Source: Candidatus Bathyarchaeia archaeon (GTDB lineage: Archaea; Thermoproteota; Bathyarchaeia; Bathyarchaeales; Bathycorpusculaceae). From it: 64,000 bases of DNA. The notes under the pieces are model-generated. The model ran no database searches. It worked only from the letters and a program-made list of their open reading frames with translations, and was not told where the DNA came from. The stretch's first letter is position 1, and the number at the start of each line of letters is the position of its first letter. Where the stretch lies: positions 35,663 to 99,662 of the forward strand of contig JBEKOM010000006.1 of the NCBI GenBank assembly GCA_049521795.1, written 5' to 3'. Shown piece by piece: positions 29,706 to 38,094 of the stretch. The translations under genes were made by a program, and so were the position numbers.

Positions 29706-30143
29706 ATGGTTGAGCTTGAGTTATTTGCCTACAAGGATGCTGATAAGGTTCTAGAAAACAAGGGAATTTTCCAAGAAGTCAAGTCTGTTCTGCTAAGCGT
29801 CTCAAAAGTCGACCATACTGAAATTCAAGACTTGTTCAAGTTATGGGGTTGGAGTCTGGAGCGTTATATGATGAAAGAAACCACTTGGAGATGGGATGCA
29901 TACAAAGACAAAGTGGCCGTTTCGATAGAGTTGAGCGGCCTGATTGATGCTGTTCATCGAGATTTTTTGAGAGCAATTCTGGCACAAAAACACGATGAAC
30001 TTGATGTTTTGGTCTATGTCACTTCGACTTTCAAAGGGCCCAAGTTCGAGAATGTTAAGCGAGACATAGAGATTTTCAAGGAGATTCTCACAGTACCAAT
30101 AGTGCTCGTAGGTCTCACTCAATCACTCTGCAAGCACAGATGA
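29706..30143 (+). CDS. BglII/BstYI-like restriction endonuclease fold protein (orphan)
   Basis: LFKLWGW...WDAYKDKVAVSIE...VHRDFLR...FENV...PIVLVG. Confidence 0.65.
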   Translation: MVELELFAYKDADKVLENKGIFQEVKSVLLSVSKVDHTEIQDLFKLWGWSLERYMMKETTWRWDAYKDKVAVSIELSGLIDAVHRDFLRAILAQKHDELDVLVYVTSTFKGPKFENVKRDIEIFKEILTVPIVLVGLTQSLCKHR

Positions 30144-30186
30144 CCTTTCTGGATTCCAACCTTCTGAACCCGCATGTGGATGATGT

Positions 30187-30900
30187 TCACAATCCGAAAT
30201 CTGCTCTGAGCTTCCGCACGAAAGTAAATTCCTTGTCTGTAAGCTGTATATCCTTAATGGGATGCATAACAGAATTACGAATATGGTTCAATTTCTCTAA
30301 TCGTTGGACCATTTCACGTCTATTCGATGCCAGTCTCTTGGGCAATGTCTCTCTGAAGATGCCCCATTGGTTTTCCAAGATTTTCCCCAGATGCATGAAT
30401 GTTGTGTATGAGTAGGCTTCGCTTGCTGGCTCAGGATCTTCCTCTCTAGAAGTCGCGCATTCAACTCGTATCTGCTTTGGAACACCTTTTCTCCACCAAT
30501 CTTCACTATATTCGGAAAGGAGAGTTGATTTCACTAGGTCGTGCAAATTGACCTCAATGTCACGTATGAATTCATACATGTCACCAAAAGCAACACGTGC
30601 ATCTCTCAACTTCAGATAAATGATAAGATCATCCTTGTCCATTGACACTCCGGTTCTTTCGATTTTCCGATAAATCTTATGCCAAGAGGATGTTCCGTAT
30701 TTTGAGATTATAGCCTCAATGGCATCCCGCTTTTTCTCATCCATTGCAAAAACTATGTCGGAACGACGTATGTTACCCTCTCCTACTTGATTGTACAGGT
30801 AGTTCATGACAGTTGACACTGTGACATTCATTTTCTTGGCAATTTCACTGGGCGAATAGCCTTTTCTTAACCACTCAACAGCTTCATGTCTTCTTGCCAC
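30187..30900 (-). CDS. HTH + Swt1-like HEPN protein
   Basis: N-terminal GYSPSEIAKKMNVTVSTV HTH; IEVNLH..DWWRKGVP; RNSVMH (Rx4H). Confidence 0.8.
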   Translation of the reverse strand: MARRHEAVEWLRKGYSPSEIAKKMNVTVSTVMNYLYNQVGEGNIRRSDIVFAMDEKKRDAIEAIISKYGTSSWHKIYRKIERTGVSMDKDDLIIYLKLRDARVAFGDMYEFIRDIEVNLHDLVKSTLLSEYSEDWWRKGVPKQIRVECATSREEDPEPASEAYSYTTFMHLGKILENQWGIFRETLPKRLASNRREMVQRLEKLNHIRNSVMHPIKDIQLTDKEFTFVRKLRADFGL

Positions 30901-30922
30901 TTTGTCCCCTACATTGAATACG

Positions 30923-31024
30923 ACTTTCTGATTTTATAATTTTCTAAACAGAAGAAAAAACAGAATTTCTAAAATCTGTTTTAACTTATAAAGTAGAAAT
31001 TTATAAAGTAGAAATTAGAAACCC
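30923..31024. repeat. Island intergenic repeat copy 3, with internal 15-bp tandem duplication
   Basis: ACTTTCTGATTTTATAATTTTC...TTATAAAGTAGAAAT TTATAAAGTAGAAAT TAGAAACC. Confidence 0.8.
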
Positions 31025-31034
31025 TCGTTTGTGT

Positions 31035-31562
31035 ATGACCATGGATCATGACAAATTGTTTGAAGATGCTCTCTCGAATGTTCTGAAGGACTACTCTGAC
31101 AATAAGATTCAGTTTTTTTCTGAAAGGGATTTGCAAGCGAATTTGTTCTATGAATGTCGTAAACTTATGGAAGAAAGAGATCCCCCACGACCTTTGAAGC
31201 TTCACGTTGAGAAGTCGGTTTTCAGCAAATATGCAAAAGTGGATTTGGTGCTTGGTAATGATGAAGTACTGGTCGAGTTGAAACTCGAACCTGATTATCC
31301 TGGAGTTAGCAAACCCGTAGTCTTCAGTACAAAGAAAGATGGATCAGGAAGCATAGAGAGTGACCTGGACAAAATCGAAGAATATTCGCGAAAAGGCAAA
31401 TCTGCCCACTTCCTCATGATAGATGAAGACGGACGTCATATGAGGAAACTAGCTACCGAGCATTGGATGCCAATATATGTAAAGCTGAATGGCCCGAGAA
31501 AGCTTGTCCATTATCTTCACGTGAAACGTGACCGTGTACGACTGAAGAAGCGTGAGGACTAG
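31035..31562 (+). CDS. PD-(D/E)xK nuclease superfamily protein
   Basis: FSERDLQANL, KVDLVL, VLVELK, IESDLDKI. Confidence 0.75.
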   Translation: MTMDHDKLFEDALSNVLKDYSDNKIQFFSERDLQANLFYECRKLMEERDPPRPLKLHVEKSVFSKYAKVDLVLGNDEVLVELKLEPDYPGVSKPVVFSTKKDGSGSIESDLDKIEEYSRKGKSAHFLMIDEDGRHMRKLATEHWMPIYVKLNGPRKLVHYLHVKRDRVRLKKRED

Positions 31563-31805
31563 CGCGCGTCATACTATGACACTTTTTGCTTTTCAAAATA
31601 CTCATTGAAGTCCTCTTGTGAATCTAATTTCAATCTGTCCTTTCTTAGTAGAATCGTGATAATGGACGCCCTCAACAACGTAGCGCGGGCTACCACCTGA
31701 CGACAATACATCAGAATAGCAGAAACACACAAGCGTGCACGATTTTCACTCATTTATAAAGTGGAAAATAGAAACATTTGTGAGAGCAATATCGGCGGCT
31801 ACTAA

Positions 31806-33476
31806 ATGAATATTCCGAAACTTCGTTGGCTCCTTGTCGCTCTGATTATTGAGGTTGCAGCAATTGTTGTTGGAATCAGCTATTACAGACAAGGACCTAC
31901 GCCTTACATGATTACATTGAAAGAGTCGAATACTAGGAACCTGGCCTTTGGAGCTGGAAAATGGTTGTTTGAACCTCTTGATTTCCCCCTAGGAAGGGTT
32001 TATGCAAGATTTGCTTTGAACATGAATTTATCCGTGCGGTTCAATTGCTCAGAACCTGGCCTAAGCATTTACTTACTTAACGAGTCTCAATTCCTGAATT
32101 GGAACGATTCAAAAGCAGACTATGTCCTCGCAAGAGAGTACCCAAACTACAACTTCAGCGTGCAGGTCGAGCCGAATTACTACTATCTGGCAATCAATGC
32201 ATACAATCTTCAAGGAGGCAACAGCACTCAAGCTTCGTCGGACATACTGGTTGTCGCTCAGAATTTCGATTACACCAATGTATGGCCCTACTTTTGTCTA
32301 GCCCTTGCAGGCATAATAGCAGCGAATGTTACAGTCTTCTTGATGGGAAGAGGACATGCTTTCGCAAGAATAAATTCCTTTCTCAGAGCAATGTACGTGC
32401 CACGGACCAATTTTCCTCGGAAAGGTTCGTACGCAAGATATTCTCTCGAAGTTTACGACAAGCTTAGCAAGCCCCTTTTAGCTTGGATAACTCCATTAGT
32501 GCCAGCTCTACTTGCGATCGCAGTTGTTTTGAGAGCGTGGCCCAGAGGAACTTCTCCTTTTACAGGCGTTGCGTGGGATTATATTGCCTTGGCAGCAATT
32601 ACTTTATATTTCATTGTCCTAGGCTTCGTTATACTGTTCCTTTTTTTGTTCCTAAGCTTCGTGCCTAGAATTGCAGATCTTGCTTTGTTTATCTCCGAGA
32701 GACTCAGTGTTTTGAAAGCAATGGACATAACTGTCATGAGCAAAATCAGTACTGCCAGTCTGTCAGAAATCAGAAAAATAAGAAGTATCCCTCTTATTTC
32801 GTCTCCGCTAATACTTTTTGCAGCACTTGTTCTTATAACGTCACCACCATCTGAACCAAAACTTCCAGACTATCTATGGATTGCCTTGATACTCATGCTA
32901 GTGTACTATGGTCTGGTTTTCGCCTACATCAGTTCAATTTCACTGAAAAAGCATTTGTCTGCTCAATTCCCTAAACAAACCAAAAGACACCTAAGTAGCC
33001 GATTGAGGTTGTTCTCATTAATAAACGCTGTCACAACTACCGTTTGTGAGATTGGTTTCTTTCTCGCTATTGTCAGTGCGCTTGTTTCATTATTCTTCTA
33101 CGTGTTCATCCCGATTACCTCGTCAAGTCTAGCTGTCAGGTATGGTTTGACGGCACCCACGAATCTCGGCTCGATTGATGTCTTCATATTGCTCATGGAA
33201 GTAGTTTTCACAGGGTTCCTTCTCGTGTGGTCAATTTTCTTTGGAATAACAGGATATATTGTTCCTGAACTCTTGGATCGAGGGTTTCGAGGTTCATCGG
33301 TTGCCTTGCTAGCATTGTTTCTCACTTTCCTTTCAGAAAGAGCACTTTCTACATTATTAGATCCATATCTGAACATCGATTGGACTCTATCACTGCTATT
33401 CTCTTTCCCTGTTTTCGTGTTGGTCATGATTTTTGAGAAGTTCTACAGAAGAATGCTTGAGAGATATGGAGACTAG
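31806..33476 (+). CDS. Polytopic membrane protein with extracellular N-terminal domain
   Basis: N-terminal TM, Asn-rich beta domain, many hydrophobic segments. Confidence 0.75.
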   Translation: MNIPKLRWLLVALIIEVAAIVVGISYYRQGPTPYMITLKESNTRNLAFGAGKWLFEPLDFPLGRVYARFALNMNLSVRFNCSEPGLSIYLLNESQFLNWNDSKADYVLAREYPNYNFSVQVEPNYYYLAINAYNLQGGNSTQASSDILVVAQNFDYTNVWPYFCLALAGIIAANVTVFLMGRGHAFARINSFLRAMYVPRTNFPRKGSYARYSLEVYDKLSKPLLAWITPLVPALLAIAVVLRAWPRGTSPFTGVAWDYIALAAITLYFIVLGFVILFLFLFLSFVPRIADLALFISERLSVLKAMDITVMSKISTASLSEIRKIRSIPLISSPLILFAALVLITSPPSEPKLPDYLWIALILMLVYYGLVFAYISSISLKKHLSAQFPKQTKRHLSSRLRLFSLINAVTTTVCEIGFFLAIVSALVSLFFYVFIPITSSSLAVRYGLTAPTNLGSIDVFILLMEVVFTGFLLVWSIFFGITGYIVPELLDRGFRGSSVALLALFLTFLSERALSTLLDPYLNIDWTLSLLFSFPVFVLVMIFEKFYRRMLERYGD

Positions 33477-35047
33477 TTTGTCAATCCTTTTTCAAACTCC
33501 AATACATTTCGGTTTCTAGTCAGAATTTCTGCAAAGAATTCTTGCACCTGCAAAGGTTCGCGCCAGACTCTGTCCAGCACTTCTCTGACCTCTTTCTCAT
33601 CTTTACACACACTACACATTCTCTGAACGGTCAGTCTCCTATCAACTCCATGTTCTCTCAACTTCTCATTGAAATCTGCAGGCCTCAGTAATCTGATGTT
33701 CATTCTATTCGCATACTGCCCAAGTGTAATCTTCTCACCATTAACCACTACTTTCTCTTTTGGATTGTATGTTCCAGCAGCAAACACCGGCACAACACCT
33801 TTCTTCAATTCTCTTCCATTCTCCATGTCGACTCCAAAATCAGTACTCCATTTCAATACCTCAAGAAACTCATCCAACGTCTTCATTGTGACGATGCTCC
33901 ATTTGCACTCTAGCACATAAGTCACTGTTGGCGAGAATAATCCTGGAGTGACTTTCCAGACTCTGTCAATTTCTGCGTTCTGCTTCCTCTCTCCAACCTG
34001 CTTCAATAGATGAAGTGTAATTCTTCTAGAATCCATATTTTTTCTGTGGTTCTGACTTACAAATTCTGCTCCTTCGGTGAACTTGTCGATGAACCATTCA
34101 GCACATGCTTCCCAATTGTGACCAATTCTGTTGTCTCTTCCAAATCGTACTCTGATGTAGTTCTTCTTCATTTCAATGTTAGCAGCAAGATTCTCTGGTT
34201 TCATGTTTTTCAGGTAGTAATACGTGAACTTGTCGAAGACTTTGACTTGCTCAATATCTGAATAAAGTTGTTTTGCCCTCCTCAACGCTCGCTTTGTACT
34301 ATCAACATCACAATGCAACACGCACTTGAAATATGACATTGAAAGCAGTTCATAGGTCGTGAGCAGTTGATCTCTTATCAGCCTGACCCGATCAAAAATG
34401 GTGTTGCTTGTTGGATTTTCAAGAAGCATTTTGTCAGTTCTTTCAAACGCTTCTCTAACTGCATTGTCTCTTGGCTTCTCCTGGTCAATGTAAGTGAGCA
34501 AGAAGCCTTTTCTGAATGGACTGCGACCATCATGAGTTTGATAGCCTCTTACATAGACTTGACCTTTCTTTTCGAAGCGTCTCACGTTAGCCATAATGTC
34601 GCAGGATTTGACACCTAACGCTTTCACAACATCATTGCTGTAAAACGCCTTCTCTTTATTATTTATTAGATAATTTAATATTCCATAGGCTTTGCTTTCT
34701 ACATCTCTGCATCTGCCATCTTTCTTTCTCTCATCATACTTGACGAAGTTACCAGGCAACTCATTACCACTGTTGACTGAATAGTAGTTGATCGCTCTAG
34801 TGTAGCCAACAACTCCTGCACGACCTCTACTTGAAGTTTCAAACTCAAAGACAGGTTCTCTTGTTCTGAGAATAACGCCTTTCTTCCAAAGTCTTCGAAG
34901 ACACTCATCAACACCATTTGGCTCTTCATCTAACACTTGATAGATCACTCTTAAAGAAACAGGTCCATTAGAAACTAGAAAATCACAAACCCTCTTGCTC
35001 AGAAGCTCTGGTTTAACTCCCGGTTCAAATCCCACACCCCGCGCCAC
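33473..35047 (-). CDS. Tandem winged-helix + PD-(D/E)xK protein whose 5' end contains the att core (candidate split gene)
   Basis: Two to three wHTH-like repeats; GHNWE...EID...LECK catalytic pattern; first codons (ARGVGFEP) are the reverse complement of the tRNA-Ser 3' repeat. Confidence 0.85.
   Translation of the reverse strand: MARGVGFEPGVKPELLSKRVCDFLVSNGPVSLRVIYQVLDEEPNGVDECLRRLWKKGVILRTREPVFEFETSSRGRAGVVGYTRAINYYSVNSGNELPGNFVKYDERKKDGRCRDVESKAYGILNYLINNKEKAFYSNDVVKALGVKSCDIMANVRRFEKKGQVYVRGYQTHDGRSPFRKGFLLTYIDQEKPRDNAVREAFERTDKMLLENPTSNTIFDRVRLIRDQLLTTYELLSMSYFKCVLHCDVDSTKRALRRAKQLYSDIEQVKVFDKFTYYYLKNMKPENLAANIEMKKNYIRVRFGRDNRIGHNWEACAEWFIDKFTEGAEFVSQNHRKNMDSRRITLHLLKQVGERKQNAEIDRVWKVTPGLFSPTVTYVLECKWSIVTMKTLDEFLEVLKWSTDFGVDMENGRELKKGVVPVFAAGTYNPKEKVVVNGEKITLGQYANRMNIRLLRPADFNEKLREHGVDRRLTVQRMCSVCKDEKEVREVLDRVWREPLQVQEFFAEILTRNRNVLEFEKGLTN
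35022..35046 (+). repeat. attR core, 25-bp direct repeat of tRNA-Ser 3' end
   Basis: GGTTCAAATCCCACACCCCGCGCCA identical to 19966-19990. Confidence 0.95.
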
Positions 35048-35198
35048 ACTCTCTCCAAGGAATAACGGTGATTTATCCTGGGTTTCACAAACCTTGGCGT
35101 GCTATTTGGGTGTGAGAACGGCGGGATTTGGACTAGGGATGAAAGGGGACGTACCCGGCAGGTTTGCTCTTTCTATTTCCTTCGGGAACTCCACGAAT

Positions 35199-36371
35199 TC
35201 AGAAGTCTAGCTCACCCTGAGAACACTCAGGCTTTTGAGTTGATTCGAGGCTAAATATATTCTGCTTTGCATGTGCCGTTAGGTGGTGAAGGGCTTGAAC
35301 ATGCTGTGAATGCTTGTACATCCAAGATCCATTTTTGAATAACTCGAAGGGAATGGTCTCTCTTGACCACTTTCCCGAGCGCAGGTCCTGCTGTACGTAT
35401 TCGTAATTCTCGAGCAAGTTCATTCTCACGAGTTTTGATAACGCGTCGACGAAATTCCGAAACTCATTCCTAGGAAGGTAAACCTGAGAGACCAGTGCGT
35501 TTTCGTTCAGAATCTTGCCGAGAATAGTTACGAAGGGCTTGTCTAGAAGAGACTGAGCAAACTTGCCCATTTTTTCGCTGTTGCTGAATTTGAAAACGAA
35601 AAAGAGCATGTCGGACGATGCTCTGTCGAAAGTAAATAAGGCCACTTGGTAGGTCTCGACTAAGCCATGCCTGACAACGTGTGTTTCGTAATGGTAACGA
35701 ATGTTCTGCAGCGTCGTCCCCAGTTTTCTAGCGACAGACGCCAAGCTCACGGTTGCATCTTTCTCCAGTTCCTTTATTATGAACAAATCGGTCTCATCCG
35801 CTTTCAACGGAAAACTTTCAGGGTCTCTTAGTGTGTAGGGCAGTTCACTTCCTGAAGAAGAAACCTCCTCAAGCCACTCTTCCCAGGGAAAAACCCACCT
35901 CCCCTCATCATAGTCAAACCATTTTCTCGAACGATTTACAGTGTGAAAACAAGTCGACCAGAACAACTTTATGTTCTCCGTCATTCCCAGTTTCTCCACT
36001 TCGGTCAGGAAACCTTCGAATTCGGCCGTGTGCTCCACAGGAATAACGTAAACTCCCACGCATCCTTCAAACAGACCGAAACACCTGCTCAAGTATATGT
36101 AGAACTTGTTGACCTTCAAACAGTCGAACAGCAAATCCTCCCGTCCTGCAACCGCTTTCGCGAAAACCACCGCCTTCTTCAATCCCAAGTTCGTGTGATA
36201 AATAGTCGTAAGCAGTTTCAAGTAAAAAGAAGAGGACATGCGGTTGATCCTTGTTATTATAGTTCCTCTCGGTATGTCGAGTTCCCTAGCAAGTTTCATC
36301 ATGTTTCTCGGTCCGCTTTCTGCGAGACCTTCCAGAATCCTCACGTCAAGAGAGTCAAGCTGTACAGGCAT
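35199..36371 (-). CDS. Lrp/AsnC-like transcriptional regulator with duplicated HTH modules
   Basis: LDSLDVRILEGL...LARELDIP and DETDLFIIKELEKDA..SLASVARKLG. Confidence 0.8.
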   Translation of the reverse strand: MPVQLDSLDVRILEGLAESGPRNMMKLARELDIPRGTIITRINRMSSSFYLKLLTTIYHTNLGLKKAVVFAKAVAGREDLLFDCLKVNKFYIYLSRCFGLFEGCVGVYVIPVEHTAEFEGFLTEVEKLGMTENIKLFWSTCFHTVNRSRKWFDYDEGRWVFPWEEWLEEVSSSGSELPYTLRDPESFPLKADETDLFIIKELEKDATVSLASVARKLGTTLQNIRYHYETHVVRHGLVETYQVALFTFDRASSDMLFFVFKFSNSEKMGKFAQSLLDKPFVTILGKILNENALVSQVYLPRNEFRNFVDALSKLVRMNLLENYEYVQQDLRSGKWSRETIPFELFKNGSWMYKHSQHVQALHHLTAHAKQNIFSLESTQKPECSQGELDF

Positions 36372-36641
36372 GCCTATTCCACTGCTATTTTGCTCTGCTG
36401 ACTTACTTCATATTAGTCTTATGGTCCAAATGGGCAATCGATCGGTTCTGCATGTGCCTTCGTAGCAGCAAGGGAGAAGACAATCAAGCTTATTGCAAGC
36501 GCAACCAGTATTGCCTTCCAGTGCCGAGCAACAAACAGTCTCATGTTCAAGCATACCACCTCCTTTTATTTTTGTCTACAAATAAGCTTTATCGTCGACA
36601 AAAATAAAGCTTATATATGTTATATTCTAGAACTAAACTCC

Positions 36642-36980
36642 ATGTCCACCGACCCAGACGTCGAACAGAGAATTCTGCAGTGTATTGATGAGGGCCTAGG
36701 GACACTTGGAAAGAGTGGAAGAAAGGCCCTCCTGCTCCATCTTGAAAAGAGCGCGGGTATCAAGAGAAAAGAGATTTCCACGAAGCCGGAACAGTTCTGC
36801 AATGAGTTGAACCTGGTTCTGGGAAGACAAGGAGCAATTCTGATCAATAAGTTAATTGTCAAGAAACTACTCGCAGACTTTGGACTGCGACAGAAACTAG
36901 ACTTGACTCTTACCGAAACCCTCAAGATGATCAAAGCAACATGTGGGAAACCGCGCCATGTTGCGGGAAGCGGTCTTTAG
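36642..36980 (+). CDS. DUF3227/NitrOD-like small helical protein
   Basis: IDEGLGTLG..ALLLHLE..KPEQF..L..VLG..A..I pattern; TTATATA box upstream. Confidence 0.6.
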   Translation: MSTDPDVEQRILQCIDEGLGTLGKSGRKALLLHLEKSAGIKRKEISTKPEQFCNELNLVLGRQGAILINKLIVKKLLADFGLRQKLDLTLTETLKMIKATCGKPRHVAGSGL

Positions 36981-37163
36981 AAAACAGAGCCATCTCTTTC
37001 AAGAGAGGCCACGTGACCGCCGGGCTTCAAAAGTTTCAGAGGTCACCACTTTTTTGTCGCCGTGCCTGCTCTGAACCAAAGAGTATTTGTGGTGAGAAAC
37101 GATGACTTTGCAGGAGATGTACTTGGATTCAGTGTACCGGTTTTGGAGACAAGGTGTAACTCT

Positions 37164-37895
37164 TTGAAGCATAAAAGAGGGTATAAGCGCGGCTATCCCG
37201 TGGCTATCCTGGTAGGATTAGAAGATGACCGAACGGTCTTGTGGAAGGTCTTCAGCAATGTTGTCAAGCCTGAAAAGACCGTCTGGCTTGACGGAACCAA
37301 GAATGACCCGAAAGCCGTGTACAACTTTCATGAATCAATCGTTAACGCGGTGAGACCCACGCTGAGAGAAGGCGTCAGAAGCGTCATAGTTGCATGCCCT
37401 GCAAGGACCAATTACGCCGAGAGATTCATCGATCACATTCACCGGCACCACGCATGGCTAGTCCAAGGCCCAAACAAAGCAACATTCTCTGAAGTAACTG
37501 GATCATCTGGCACACTACCTGAAGTAGCAGCCCTGACAAGGGCTCCCATGTTCCGCCGACTGATCTCCGAAACCACATCAGAAGAGACGGAAGATCTTAT
37601 TGCCATGCTGGAAAAACATCTCAACTCTTCAAATCAGGACAAAGTCGCACTGTATTCGCTCAAGGAAATAGAAGACCTGATCCTTGGACCGCAGAAGCCT
37701 GGCAGATTCCAGGCCGAATATCTAATACTCACCGACAAGTATCTTTCAAACAGCCACGAAAAGAATAGAATACACAGGCTGATGCAAATCGCCACTAACA
37801 GAAATGTTAAGACAAGGATAGTTGACGCAGAATCAACAGCAGGCCTACGCCTTAACCAACTAGGCGGATTGGTCTGCCTTGCGCACCGCAGATAG
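37164..37895 (+). CDS. Pelota/aeRF1 domain 2-3-like protein lacking the N-terminal domain
   Basis: SSGTLPEV, VALYSLKEIE, AEYLILTD, IVDAESTAGLRLNQLGGLV. Confidence 0.7.
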   Translation: MKHKRGYKRGYPVAILVGLEDDRTVLWKVFSNVVKPEKTVWLDGTKNDPKAVYNFHESIVNAVRPTLREGVRSVIVACPARTNYAERFIDHIHRHHAWLVQGPNKATFSEVTGSSGTLPEVAALTRAPMFRRLISETTSEETEDLIAMLEKHLNSSNQDKVALYSLKEIEDLILGPQKPGRFQAEYLILTDKYLSNSHEKNRIHRLMQIATNRNVKTRIVDAESTAGLRLNQLGGLVCLAHRR

Positions 37896-38094
37896 GCAGG
37901 CGCGGAGTGTTCACATGGCCAAATGCCTCTTGTGTGGCAGAAGCAAAACGGACTTTCTCGACTTTGACAAGAATACTAGGTTGAAGAAGACTAGAAGTCA
38001 GAAAGACTCAATACGAATAGCGACATGCACTGGCACGTGGCCGTCCTTCATGCGAAAAGCTGAATAAGACTAACGCAGCCGAATTGCTATTGGG

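Larger units (their letters stand above)
19966..35046. mobile_element. tRNA-Ser-integrated genomic (defence) island, ~15 kb
   Basis: Flanking 25-bp tRNA 3' direct repeats, visibly AT-richer sequence, HEPN/PD-(D/E)xK/HD cargo, no housekeeping genes. Confidence 0.9.

Noticed and set aside
26904-31775. CRISPR array or canonical integron attC array
   Set aside because: Repeats are kilobases apart and degenerate, lack GTTRRRY/RYYYAAC ends, and no cas or intI gene is present.
33473-35047. Tyrosine integrase call for the att-overlapping gene
   Set aside because: No recognisable R-K-HxxR-H/W-Y arrangement; motifs fit wHTH + PD-(D/E)xK.
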